The notes: generated from the sequence alone by a model not told the origin. A stretch of DNA of 64,000 bases from a virus (IMGVR_UViG_3300009515_000001); one strand, 5' to 3'; counted from the stretch's first letter, positions 10,143 to 19,527 are shown. A program made the numbers and translations.

Positions 10143-10703
10143 TTGAGTTTACAAGAACATTTGATTAAAGTATTAGAAAAAAAACAATTACACCAAAGAA
10201 AAAGATCAAAAAAGAGTTTATCAAATGAATGGTGGACACCTGAAAAACTATACCAATACCTAACAAAGAATTGGAAAATAAAACCAAAATTAGATGTATG
10301 TGCAACCTATCAAAATTCAAAATGTGAATGGTATTTAGATAAAAAAGCAGATGCGACAAACCCTGAAACAGAATGGACAATACCAAAAAATAAAAGAGTT
10401 AATGTTTGGTGCAACCCACCTAATGAATTTACACAGGAATTACTTTATAGAGCATATATAGAATGGGCTTTATCAAATGGCAGACAAAAAATAATGATGA
10501 TCATACCAGCAAACGTACTTTCTTCACAGGGATTCAAGTATAATGTACGAATTCCTATTGATTATGGAGAGAATGTTCACTTTAGAGAGATAGAAGGTAG
10601 GCCAGAATTCTTGGAAAATGGAAAAAAACCAGATAGTTCATCAAGAAATGCCTACATTGTGATCGGTTGGGGAATAGAAGATCCATTCATACCGACATGT
10701 TAA
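10143..10703 (+). CDS. phage-type DNA N6-adenine methyltransferase (Dam_N6 / pfam05869-like)
   Basis: WWTP...DVCA...VWCNPP motifs in the family order. TTG start. Confidence 0.7.
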   Translation: MSLQEHLIKVLEKKQLHQRKRSKKSLSNEWWTPEKLYQYLTKNWKIKPKLDVCATYQNSKCEWYLDKKADATNPETEWTIPKNKRVNVWCNPPNEFTQELLYRAYIEWALSNGRQKIMMIIPANVLSSQGFKYNVRIPIDYGENVHFREIEGRPEFLENGKKPDSSSRNAYIVIGWGIEDPFIPTC

Positions 10704-10711
10704 ATAATATT

Positions 10712-10725
10712 TTCTTTTAAATAAG
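10712..10725 (+). promoter_or_regulatory. TTCTTTTAAATAAG promoter box upstream of ATG 10748
   Basis: Exact motif copy 23 nt before the start codon. Confidence 0.5.
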
Positions 10726-10747
10726 CAGTTTAACAAAAAAATAATGT

Positions 10748-11728
10748 ATGTCATTCTTTGGTGGAAGTCCTAGATTAGCTGATGTTGGAGATTTTTTACC
10801 AAAAAGAAAAAAGAAAAATGGTAAAAATGGAAGAAATGGCAGATCTGGTTTAGCAAATGGTCGAGGTGCCAAAGAAGCGGCTATGGGTTTTGAATCACCA
10901 GGATTTTTCAGTGGGCTTAGACAAAACGGAAATGGATCAAGAGGAATACCAAAGGCTGATCCAGTTGGTTTTGATAGAGGTTTAGAAATACCTGAATTAG
11001 GAAGTGGATTTAATTCAAGAATTGGAAACATTGGTTCAGGATTTGTAGAATCAGTAAATCCATTTAGAATTGGTTTTAGTGATGTATTAACAGGTAACGG
11101 TAGAACAGGCGAAATTATCAAAGGTAGTGGTGGATTTGTTACGCCATCTATTGGTAAAAGAAAGAGAGGCAGACCAAAGGGAAGTGGTAAAAAACAAAAA
11201 GTAGTTCAGAAAGGATTAGGAAAATCAAAGACATTAGAATTTGATACCAAAGGAGCAAAAAAATTACGAGCAGAAGCAATTCAATTAGCGAGAGAAGGAA
11301 AAACTGATGAAGCACGAGCTAAGCTTTCACAAATTCAAACTAAGAGTGTAGGTGGATTACTTAAGGAAGATATTAAATCTAAAGGTGGTAGATTAAAACA
11401 AAGTTTGGGTTTTACAGGCGATGATCAAAGAGAAGAAATTTCACTTGATGAAATTCAAGAAACAATTAGAGCAGATAGAGAACCAGGTGGACTTGGAACA
11501 AGACTAGAAGAAATAGAATTAGAAAGAGAAGTTGACGAAGAAAGTAGAGAAAGATTACAGGAAGCATTAGCAACTGAAAGAGCTAGTGAAGGTGCATTGG
11601 AAGAAGCAGTAGTTGAAGAAGTAGATGAAGAAGAAGAAAACGGATTAGATGAAGATTTGGATGAAATAGAAAAAGATGACTTTTCATTTGAAGTTGATGA
11701 ACAAGGACAAATACAAAGGAGGCGATAG
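10748..11728 (+). CDS. Gly/Lys/Arg-rich basic protein with acidic E/D tail (326 aa); candidate virion-associated protein
   Basis: ORF after promoter box; compositional bias. Confidence 0.55.
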   Translation: MSFFGGSPRLADVGDFLPKRKKKNGKNGRNGRSGLANGRGAKEAAMGFESPGFFSGLRQNGNGSRGIPKADPVGFDRGLEIPELGSGFNSRIGNIGSGFVESVNPFRIGFSDVLTGNGRTGEIIKGSGGFVTPSIGKRKRGRPKGSGKKQKVVQKGLGKSKTLEFDTKGAKKLRAEAIQLAREGKTDEARAKLSQIQTKSVGGLLKEDIKSKGGRLKQSLGFTGDDQREEISLDEIQETIRADREPGGLGTRLEEIELEREVDEESRERLQEALATERASEGALEEAVVEEVDEEEENGLDEDLDEIEKDDFSFEVDEQGQIQRRR

Positions 11729-11812
11729 TAGAATTGTCAATGGATGATATTTTTAAATTGCCAGGAACAAAGAAAAAAAAGAAAGGTAAACAGAAATTCA
11801 TAGATACACCCT

Positions 11813-12559
11813 ATGGGAGAATTCCAGTTGGTTAACGGAAAACGTAAACAATCAAATGATATAGGATTCAAAGAGGTAGATTTCTTTGCAGGTATTAGAA
11901 CACCGTCACCTGATGATGATAGAAGAGTTAAATTTGTTGCAAGAAAAAGAGGAAAGAAATCACCGTTACCAAGACCAAAGATTGCAAGACTACAAGGAAT
12001 TAACGGATTTGAGGGAATAAATACAAAACTACCAAAAGCAACAAAAAAACTTCCAGCAGGATTAGCTGAAGTTTCTGGTTTATCATTTGATAAAGTATTT
12101 GGTTTAGGTAAAACAAAGGATACAAATCCATTCAAATCAAAAATAGGAATTGATCCAGGATTTGGAAAGGGAACTTTTGATGTTGATTTTTCAGAAGGAT
12201 TTGCAAATCAAGAGTTTGACTTTGGTGAATCAACAATGATTAGTGACGATTTTCCAGAACCAGATCAAATAGATTTTGTCGGTGAATCAGATGTAGATCG
12301 TGATGTTCCAACATTATTAGATTCGATTCAACAACTAGGAGATGATCGTAGAGTTCCACTAACAGACGAAGAAGATGATATGACAAGGAATGAAAAATTA
12401 GAAAGAAAATTTAGAAGAGTGAGAGCTGAAGCATTGGAAACAGGTGCAAATCCATTGTCACCAGAAGAACAAAGGTCGTTTGAATCATCTACCAAATTTA
12501 CTAGAAATTTTGGAACTACATCGAAAAAATCAAGAGGCGCAGGATTTGAGGGATTTTAA
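11813..12559 (+). CDS. basic protein with FDxDF repeats, ends GAGFEGF
   Basis: ORF; member of the F-ended basic family. Confidence 0.55.
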   Translation: MGEFQLVNGKRKQSNDIGFKEVDFFAGIRTPSPDDDRRVKFVARKRGKKSPLPRPKIARLQGINGFEGINTKLPKATKKLPAGLAEVSGLSFDKVFGLGKTKDTNPFKSKIGIDPGFGKGTFDVDFSEGFANQEFDFGESTMISDDFPEPDQIDFVGESDVDRDVPTLLDSIQQLGDDRRVPLTDEEDDMTRNEKLERKFRRVRAEALETGANPLSPEEQRSFESSTKFTRNFGTTSKKSRGAGFEGF

Positions 12560-12837
12560 TGGCTAGAAAAAACAGAACTATAACAGATGAAGAAAAAATG
12601 TTCGGAGTATTCTATGCACATAACAATAAACGAAGTAAAAAAGCAAGAGAAGTTGACAATGCCAGTACAAAAGGCGTTGATACAAATCTGGCAAAGTGGT
12701 GGGCTGAAGGTGGAAAAAGAAGTGACTGGCCTGGAATTGATACGGTTGTTAGAGTAAAGCCAAGAGGCTATACAAAAATGAAAGGAAAAAAAGCATTTGA
12801 CAATATCACAGATATAATAGGAAAGGGTGGATTTTGA
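12559..12837 (+). CDS. small basic protein, ends GKGGF
   Basis: ORF; GAGGGAT SD-like sequence upstream. Confidence 0.5.
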   Translation: MARKNRTITDEEKMFGVFYAHNNKRSKKAREVDNASTKGVDTNLAKWWAEGGKRSDWPGIDTVVRVKPRGYTKMKGKKAFDNITDIIGKGGF

Positions 12838-12842
12838 AAAAT

Positions 12843-12857
12843 TTCCTTTTAAATAAG
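12843..12857 (+). promoter_or_regulatory. TTCCTTTTAAATAAG promoter-box variant; GGAGGTG SD follows before ATG 12877
   Basis: One-mismatch copy of the recurring box. Confidence 0.45.
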
Positions 12858-12876
12858 TGTAAAGGGAGGTGTAATT

Positions 12877-13131
12877 ATGGTTAATGGAGTTGGTAATGTA
12901 GCAGGAACAATTGGAACAGTCGTAGGACTAGGTGTGACATTAGGAGCATTAGGTTTAGCATTAGAGTTTGTTGACAGATCATTTGATCGTGCAACACCAA
13001 GAAATGCAAAAGGAAAAAGACGAAAGCGACAACCATTGTTTGACATGGGTTTTGATCAACCAAGAACAAAGTCAAAAGGAAGAAGATCAAATAACATATT
13101 TGATGTTCCAAGAGGAGGTGACTTCTTCTAA
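12877..13131 (+). CDS. small protein with Gly-rich hydrophobic N-terminus and basic tail, ends RGGDFF
   Basis: ORF with SD. Confidence 0.5.
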   Translation: MVNGVGNVAGTIGTVVGLGVTLGALGLALEFVDRSFDRATPRNAKGKRRKRQPLFDMGFDQPRTKSKGRRSNNIFDVPRGGDFF

Positions 13132-13343
13132 TGGGATTTGGATTTGGTAAAAAAGGCAAGAAAAAAAAATCAGTAGATGATATATTAGAAATTGATGAAG
13201 ATGTGATGAACCTTAAACTTGACGGTAGTAGGGGATAGCAAAATGCCGCATAAAGGACTAAAAGTTCCACTAAAGAACGCAGGAACTAAAAATAAATTTC
13301 TTAAAGTAGGAAAGAAAAATCCTTTTAGAGGTGAGATCTTCTA

Positions 13344-13754
13344 ATGGTTAGACGAATTTCAAGAGGTAGAACAGGCGGATTTTCTGAACGTGGAAGAATA
13401 AGAACAGGTGGATTCGTAACTTCATCATCAAAAACTAATATACAAAAAACTGGACAGAAAAGAAAAGCAGGAGCACAGATAGTAAAAGCAGAAAGAATAA
13501 GACAGGTTGCTTCATCAATCCGACCAAAAATAAGAGTTGCACAACAACCAAGATTAGTGAAGGCACCACCACCAAGAATAAGTTCACAGCAAAGAAAAGT
13601 TACAATAACGAACCCATTATCATCATTAATCAACGCAATAGAAACTACTTCATTAAGAAATGCACAAAGAAAAGAACAGTTAAGACAGCAAAGACTTAGA
13701 GGGGAAAGATCTGAAGCATTTTCAATAGATGAAATTTTTGGGGGATTCCTATGA
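13344..13754 (+). CDS. very basic Arg/Lys-rich protein, ends IFGGFL
   Basis: ORF; GAGGTGAG SD upstream. Confidence 0.5.
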   Translation: MVRRISRGRTGGFSERGRIRTGGFVTSSSKTNIQKTGQKRKAGAQIVKAERIRQVASSIRPKIRVAQQPRLVKAPPPRISSQQRKVTITNPLSSLINAIETTSLRNAQRKEQLRQQRLRGERSEAFSIDEIFGGFL

Positions 13755-13912
13755 GTATGTTAGTAAGAAAAATTGCAATAGAATTAGATGCAGATGAAAC
13801 TCAATGTTTTACAAATTATATGCGAAATAACAATTTAGATTCAGTAGATGAAGCAGTAAAACACGCTGCGTTAAAATCATTACCACCAAGAAAAAGATGG
13901 AAGGGAAAATAA
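13751..13912 (+). CDS. 54-aa possible ribbon-helix-helix-like small protein
   Basis: RKIAIELDADETQ...VDEAVKHAAL pattern (beta strand plus two helices). Below ORF-track cutoff; weak. Confidence 0.3.
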   Translation: MSMLVRKIAIELDADETQCFTNYMRNNNLDSVDEAVKHAALKSLPPRKRWKGK

Positions 13913-14104
13913 ATGGTAAATGGGAAAAAAAGAAAAAAACAGGATTCAAGACGTAAACCAAGAGTAAAGAAACACTCAAAGACAGTTGATTTTAACTTTG
14001 GAAGATTTCCTAAAGTAAAATTTTGTGACAAATGTTTAGTTCCACATACAATTAACGAACATAGATTTCATGGTGCAGGCGCATTTGATAGGACACATAA
14101 GTGA
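13913..14104 (+). CDS. small basic protein (KKRKKQDSRRKPRVKK)
   Basis: ORF with GGAAGGGA SD upstream. Confidence 0.4.
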   Translation: MVNGKKRKKQDSRRKPRVKKHSKTVDFNFGRFPKVKFCDKCLVPHTINEHRFHGAGAFDRTHK

Positions 14105-14316
14105 TTAAAATGGTATTTGACATGGACAAAGATCTAACAGAAGATTTCAAAGATATTGTCAGTGGTGGTAAGAAAAAGAAAACTTCAGTAAAAGATTTTG
14201 AATTTTCAAGAGAATCAGCTGCAAAGTTAGACTTGGGATTTGATGAAACAATATCAGATAAAGATCCTATTGCAGTAGGTCATAAACGTATTTTTGGAAA
14301 AGGAAAAAGGGGGTGA
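14101..14316 (+). CDS. small protein
   Basis: ORF track. Confidence 0.35.
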   Translation: MIKMVFDMDKDLTEDFKDIVSGGKKKKTSVKDFEFSRESAAKLDLGFDETISDKDPIAVGHKRIFGKGKRG

Positions 14317-14572
14317 ATTTATGGTAGGAAGAAAATTGCCCAAAGCATTAACATCAAACCCAAAACCTTTCGTTGATATATCCGCAGGACTAATGAATGT
14401 TCCAAAAAGCATGGGAGATTTACCAGCTTCAGGAGTTGACTTTACAGTTGGTGGAACAGTAAAAGCAAGAAAGAACGGTAACGGTAAGAAAGGATTCAAA
14501 GAAGGTAAACGAGAAGGTCAAAGACTAACTAAACTAAGCAGAAAGAGGGCTTCTAAGGTATTGAGGAAATAA
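14294..14572 (+). CDS. small basic protein; true start probably ATG 14321 after GGGGGTGA SD
   Basis: ORF track; SD position. Confidence 0.45.
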   Translation: MEKEKGGEFMVGRKLPKALTSNPKPFVDISAGLMNVPKSMGDLPASGVDFTVGGTVKARKNGNGKKGFKEGKREGQRLTKLSRKRASKVLRK

Positions 14573-14576
14573 GAAA

Positions 14577-16733
14577 ATGGGTGCAACACAGGAACTAAAA
14601 AATGCACAAGCTGGTGTTGAAAGGTCACAAGCATTAATCAAACAGGCAGAAGCACAAATAGCTAGTGCTAAGGCAAGTGGTCGTAGTACATCATCAGGAG
14701 AAAGATTACTAGCGGCTGCTAAGCAAAATTTAACAGTTTTTCAAAGTAGAGCTCAAACAGCTTTTCAAGAAGTAGCAAAAGAAGAGTTTGTAAAAAGAAA
14801 GGCACAAGCAGAACGTGAAAGAAAACAATTAGAAGCCCAAAGGAAAGCCGAAGCCGCAAGAAAGAAAAAAGAGGCTGAATTAATTGCACAAAGAAAAGCA
14901 ACAGAAGAATCAAAAAGATTACAAGAAGAAAGAGCAAAGGCAGAACAAGCTTCAATATTAGATGTAGCCACGACACCAAAACCGATAGCAACAACTGGTG
15001 AAGAAGCCCAATTACAAAAGTTAGAACAAAGAAGAGAAGATGTAATTGAAAAATTAGAGAAAACAAGAGCAATAGAAAGATTGGAAGCTGGAACAACTGT
15101 TTTTGAAACAGGAGCAGGTTTCAAACCTGTCAAAATAGATTCGGGGGCTGGTCAAGTTTTCAAAAGGCCAGACGGAACTATATTTGTAGTTAGGGATGGT
15201 AAAACGACAGAACTCCCAAATATTAGAACAATACAGCCAGGATCATCAGAAGGATTATTTATAACTGGTCAAGTACAATCACAGCAAGTAGATACCCTTA
15301 GTGATCTTTTAGATGTAGAAAAACAAATTGCAATTATCAAAACAGAAGAACCTGGAACACCAGAATCAAGATTTTCCGATAGTGACCTTGCAGGAGTAAA
15401 GGCTTTAGAAACAGCACAGCAAACAAGAGGGATTGAAGCAACACCAGATCTATTTCCTGGTGAAACAATTCTAGGAACAGCAGAAGAGTTTGGTGTAGCA
15501 GTTCCAGCTAAAGTAAAAGTAGGTCCAGGTGAGTTTGTTGAACTACCAAAAATTTCAGGAACATTATTTGCAGAAGTAGAATCACCTAGTCAATTAGCAA
15601 ACAGGTTAAATGAACAGTTTATTCCTGGTTCAGATTTTGTAGTTAAGGGCGGTGAAGTAACCGAATTTGTTAGAACTCCTCTTGATCCATTCCAAATAGC
15701 ACAGGAAGAACGTGAACAGACAGGATTAATTCCAGGTGAACCAGTGAAGTTTGGTGAGTTATTAGGTTTTGATATTCCAGATGAAAAGCCAAAAAAGACT
15801 ACAACCCAAACAAAAGTTACAAAATCAAAAGATCCATTACAAGCAATTGCAGAAGCTGGTTTACAACCATCATCACAACAAATCTCATCAGGTTTCATTC
15901 CATTTTCACCACAACAAGATGTAATATTGCCAACATTAGATGTAGGAGGTGGTGGAAAAAGAGGCCAAAGTGTATTCAACCAACAGTCAAAAGTTCCTGA
16001 AATAGACATTCCAACTACTGATAAAATAGGATTACCGCCAATCCCATCAGCAGGACTTGTTAAAGGCGCACCAACAGTGTTACCAACAGTCGAAACTTTT
16101 GGTGATTTTCTAGGAGATCTTGGAAAGAGTTTAGGAATTGCTGGAACAAGCTTTTTTGACACAATTTCAAAAGGTGTAAGTTTTACAGGTATATTTGGTG
16201 GATCTACATCGAAACCAAAATTAACAGAATCACAGAAAGCGAAAAATGAAATTGCTTCATTAAAAAGAAGAGGTGGATCAGTACCAGCTTCATTAATTAA
16301 CAAAGCATTTCCAGAAAAAGCAAAACAAGCTAAACAGTTAGGATTTCAGTTAAATTCACAAGGAGAATTTGTAGAAGGATTTAGATCAAAAGGAACGTTA
16401 ACAGGAGCTAAAGCAAGTTCAGCAAAAACATTACAAGCTTCAATAACAGCAAGAGAAAAAGCAAAAGCCGAAGCTGAAAGAAAGAAACGTGAGAGAGAAG
16501 CAAAGAAAAAAGCAGAAGCTGCAAAAAAACAAAGAAAAATAAGTAGAGCAAAAACACCAAAATCTGCAAGAATAATTGTAGGTAGTACTGGAAGAAAGAA
16601 AATTACAAAAACTTCAACGCCAACAAGAAGAAAAAAACCAAAAAGAGTTTCAAAACCATCACGTACAACCGAAATTAAAATCAGAAATCCATTTGAAAGC
16701 TTTGGATTTGGAGATAGGAGTGGGTTCTTCTAA
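14577..16733 (+). CDS. 718-aa protein: N-terminal A/K/E coiled coil, central Gly/Pro region, Lys/Arg-rich C-terminus ending RSGFF. Candidate structural protein
   Basis: Long ORF on the dominant strand; composition. Confidence 0.7.
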   Translation: MGATQELKNAQAGVERSQALIKQAEAQIASAKASGRSTSSGERLLAAAKQNLTVFQSRAQTAFQEVAKEEFVKRKAQAERERKQLEAQRKAEAARKKKEAELIAQRKATEESKRLQEERAKAEQASILDVATTPKPIATTGEEAQLQKLEQRREDVIEKLEKTRAIERLEAGTTVFETGAGFKPVKIDSGAGQVFKRPDGTIFVVRDGKTTELPNIRTIQPGSSEGLFITGQVQSQQVDTLSDLLDVEKQIAIIKTEEPGTPESRFSDSDLAGVKALETAQQTRGIEATPDLFPGETILGTAEEFGVAVPAKVKVGPGEFVELPKISGTLFAEVESPSQLANRLNEQFIPGSDFVVKGGEVTEFVRTPLDPFQIAQEEREQTGLIPGEPVKFGELLGFDIPDEKPKKTTTQTKVTKSKDPLQAIAEAGLQPSSQQISSGFIPFSPQQDVILPTLDVGGGGKRGQSVFNQQSKVPEIDIPTTDKIGLPPIPSAGLVKGAPTVLPTVETFGDFLGDLGKSLGIAGTSFFDTISKGVSFTGIFGGSTSKPKLTESQKAKNEIASLKRRGGSVPASLINKAFPEKAKQAKQLGFQLNSQGEFVEGFRSKGTLTGAKASSAKTLQASITAREKAKAEAERKKREREAKKKAEAAKKQRKISRAKTPKSARIIVGSTGRKKITKTSTPTRRKKPKRVSKPSRTTEIKIRNPFESFGFGDRSGFF

Positions 16734-16809
16734 TGAGTAAAAGAAACACAAATGATATGACATCAAAGAAATCAATAAAAAAAATTCTAAACAGGAGTTT
16801 AACAGAAGC

Positions 16810-17007
16810 ATGACTAGAAAAAGAATAGAAAATGCAGTAACAATAAGAAGGATACCTAAAACAGAAGAATTTTTCAATCTAGGTAAACAACCATCAATAC
16901 CAACTAGAGGGTTATCCACAATAATTTCTGATAAACCAAAAAGAAAAACCCTAAAGTTCAGCATTAATGAGTTAGCAAATAACAGGATGGAGAGTACACA
17001 TGGTTAA
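16810..17007 (+). CDS. small basic protein
   Basis: ORF track. Confidence 0.35.
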   Translation: MTRKRIENAVTIRRIPKTEEFFNLGKQPSIPTRGLSTIISDKPKRKTLKFSINELANNRMESTHG

Positions 17008-17257
17008 CAGTATTATTTCAAAAAGAGCTACAAAAAGCATTAGAAGTAAGGGTTTTATTAAAAATGATTTTGATCCTATCGACATAGTAGATACAGTAAA
17101 TGTATTCTTTCTAGGACCAAATGCGGCTTTATCAGAAAGAAATAGAAAGATTGCACAGAAAGATTTTTCAGCTCAACTTGGATCATTTGGTGGAGATTTT
17201 GGCATGTTTACACTGAAGGATAAAAAATCAAAAGAAATAAGGAGTTTTGGGGAATAA
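17000..17257 (+). CDS. small protein, ends RSFGE
   Basis: ORF with GGAGAGT SD-like upstream. Confidence 0.45.
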   Translation: MVNSIISKRATKSIRSKGFIKNDFDPIDIVDTVNVFFLGPNAALSERNRKIAQKDFSAQLGSFGGDFGMFTLKDKKSKEIRSFGE

Positions 17258-17520
17258 TGGTAGGAAAAAAATCAACTAGAGAAGCTGTAAACAAATTTAG
17301 AAGTATGAGATTTCCAGGAACTGAAAGAAGATTAGGATTGCCACCTGGTCACTTCATAGTTCCCAAAGGTCAAAAGATTTCAGATATTCATTTTCTTGGA
17401 ACTGAAAGAAGATTAGGATTGCCACCTGGAATGAAGTTGCCAAGTGTTGATCAAAGAAAAAAGGCTAGAAACCGTATAAAAAAGTTTGAAGAATTTGACA
17501 TCAGGGGTGAATTGATTTAG
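17257..17520 (+). CDS. small basic protein with internal duplicated GTERRLGLPPG repeat
   Basis: Exact 32-nt DNA repeat at 17317-17348 and 17398-17429; AGGAG SD upstream. Confidence 0.5.
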   Translation: MVGKKSTREAVNKFRSMRFPGTERRLGLPPGHFIVPKGQKISDIHFLGTERRLGLPPGMKLPSVDQRKKARNRIKKFEEFDIRGELI

Positions 17521-17561
17521 TAGATAAGACCTTAAAGAAAATTGAATCTAATAATATTAGA

Positions 17562-17744
17562 ATGTTAGGTAAAGCAGGAAAGTTCAATAATTCAAGTATT
17601 TTTACAGCACCTGGTTTAACAAAAGCTGATAAAATTATAACTAAAAGATTAAAGAAAAAAAATATCAAATCAACAAGAAAGGGATTTTTAACAGATGAAG
17701 AGTTTGATAGATTCAGTAATAAATTATTCAGGAGAGAAATTTAA
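17562..17744 (+). CDS. small basic protein
   Basis: ORF track. Confidence 0.35.
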   Translation: MLGKAGKFNNSSIFTAPGLTKADKIITKRLKKKNIKSTRKGFLTDEEFDRFSNKLFRREI

Positions 17745-18409
17745 TGGTATTATTCCTTGACAGACCTGATACAAAATTTTTAATCCAGCAAAAAGGATGT
17801 GCGCCATCAGAAGCATTTGCTATTCTTGAAAGAGGTGGAGATCCATCAAAAAAATGTGGTGGCAGACTTGGTAGTGCAAGAAACATTTCACAGCTAAGAG
17901 AGCAATTTCCAGGATTTGATTCAGCGTATAGTCAAACATTAGCAATCTTACAAGCAGAAGAAGAAGAAGCAAAAAAGTCAGCCCCACCACCACCACCACC
18001 TCCACCACCAGTAGTTGAAGAACCACCACCACCAGTAGTTGAACCACCACCAGTAGTTGAAGAACCACCACCACCAATACCAGATCCAATAGGTTCAGAT
18101 CCATTAGGGGTAACAGTAAAAAGAAAGAAATCAAGATTAGATAAGGTAAGACAAAAAACAGCTCAACGTAGGGGTAAACCAATACCAAAGGACATTGATA
18201 TTGCTGCACAGTTTGGATTTCAGGGGATAGTAACAAAACCTACAAGATTCTTGGTCGGTGAAGCAGGACCTGAAAGAGTAATGATTAAACCAATCAAAAA
18301 AGCAAAAAATATTTTTGATTTTAACTTTGCAAAACCAAGAAAATCAGCAAGAAGAAGAAAAAATAATAATTTCATGTTTGACTTTGACTTTGGGAAGGGC
18401 ATATTCTAA
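17744..18409 (+). CDS. protein with PPPPVVEE proline-repeat linker, ends FMFDFDFGKGIF
   Basis: Tandem CCACCACCAGTAGTTGAAGAA DNA repeats at about 17985-18078. Confidence 0.55.
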   Translation: MVLFLDRPDTKFLIQQKGCAPSEAFAILERGGDPSKKCGGRLGSARNISQLREQFPGFDSAYSQTLAILQAEEEEAKKSAPPPPPPPPPVVEEPPPPVVEPPPVVEEPPPPIPDPIGSDPLGVTVKRKKSRLDKVRQKTAQRRGKPIPKDIDIAAQFGFQGIVTKPTRFLVGEAGPERVMIKPIKKAKNIFDFNFAKPRKSARRRKNNNFMFDFDFGKGIF

Positions 18410-18645
18410 TGGTCAGATTAAGAAAAAAAAGAAAAATAAACATCTTTGGATTAGAGGTTAACGCACCAGACACAGTTCCAGATGACATACCAACATTGTT
18501 TAAAACATTTAGAGAAGCAGAAGGAAAACCAAAAAAAGAACTAGAAAGAATTAACAGATTTAAAAAAAGATTTGAAGAAATTGAGGAATATCAAGCATGG
18601 GAACAAAGCCAACGAAGTTCAGGAAGAAATGGGAGATTAAGATAA
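18409..18645 (+). CDS. small basic protein
   Basis: ORF track. Confidence 0.4.
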   Translation: MVRLRKKRKINIFGLEVNAPDTVPDDIPTLFKTFREAEGKPKKELERINRFKKRFEEIEEYQAWEQSQRSSGRNGRLR

Positions 18646-18829
18646 TGGGCTGTGCATGTGATCTAGGAGTTAAGGAAATAAAAAAAGCCAGAAAAAGATC
18701 AAAAAAGAAAGATGATTTCCAAACAATAACAATGGGGTTGATCTAGTTGGCTAGAACAATGTCAAGAGCAAAAGGAAAAAGAATCAAAACACCATTTGGT
18801 AAAATTACAGCTAGGAGTGAGGTAAAGTA

Positions 18830-19033
18830 ATGGTTCTATTAAGTTTATTTTTACTTGCAGGAATTGACGAAGCAATTAACCCACCAAGAAAAAGAACAAT
18901 CGCAAAGCGAGTAAAGCTTGGATTAACGCCAGAAGAACAAAGAAGGTTGTTTGCACCAGTTGATTTTACATCTTCAACTGGTTTGGGAGTTAGAAAACGA
19001 AAAAGAAAAGGTCGGAGAACCATAACATTTTGA
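18830..19033 (+). CDS. small basic protein (ends RRTITF)
   Basis: ORF track. Confidence 0.35.
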   Translation: MVLLSLFLLAGIDEAINPPRKRTIAKRVKLGLTPEEQRRLFAPVDFTSSTGLGVRKRKRKGRRTITF

Positions 19034-19164
19034 GCAAAAAAGGTAGAAGAAGAAAAAAAAGATTAAAAAAGAAAAAAGCTAGAACAATTACTAAAGGTTT
19101 ACCAGAACCATTCAGACCATACGGATAGTAATCTTTAACTAAAAGAGAATTTGCAACGATCATA

Positions 19165-19527
19165 TTGGAAGATGATACTGTCGAATACGAAGAAGTAGTT
19201 GATTTCAAAAAGATAGGACTGATAGCAACAATCTTAATTTTAGGTTCAATTATAATTGCTGTGTATGTTTTAGGTATGGATTTTCCAACCATTGAGATTC
19301 CAGAAATTAATTCAAATGAACAGATTGAACCAGAAACAGAAACAATACAAGCAGATCCAAGAATTAGAGATGAGTATAAAAAATACATTGATTTCGGTTT
19401 AAGTGAAGATGACATTCTAAACATACAGGAGTTGCCATGTGAGGCATTTGAAACAAAAGAAAACTTTTCACAAGATCCTAAATACGGAATGATATTCCAG
19501 CAAAGAGAATCCGAGTGTTCAGTATAA
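19165..19527 (+). CDS. TM-anchored acidic protein
   Basis: ORF track; one TM helix. Confidence 0.45.
   Translation: MEDDTVEYEEVVDFKKIGLIATILILGSIIIAVYVLGMDFPTIEIPEINSNEQIEPETETIQADPRIRDEYKKYIDFGLSEDDILNIQELPCEAFETKENFSQDPKYGMIFQQRESECSV

Noticed and set aside
10717-13270. Minus-strand ORFs 10717-11121, 11583-11801, 11737-12135, 12849-13046 and 12881-13270 overlapping basic-protein genes
   Set aside because: Shadow ORFs in Gly/Lys-rich coding DNA. The + strand ORFs have SD sites or promoter boxes.
14719-16303. Minus-strand ORFs 14719-15096, 14765-15133 and 15590-16303 inside the 718-aa gene
   Set aside because: Leu/Phe-rich translations typical of antisense frames of A/K/E-rich coiled-coil coding sequence. 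No independent signals.
17820-19424. Minus-strand ORFs 17820-18236, 18220-18402, 18811-19023 and 18990-19424
   Set aside because: Antisense to the proline-repeat and basic ORFs. Translations are poly-Leu/Val low-complexity.
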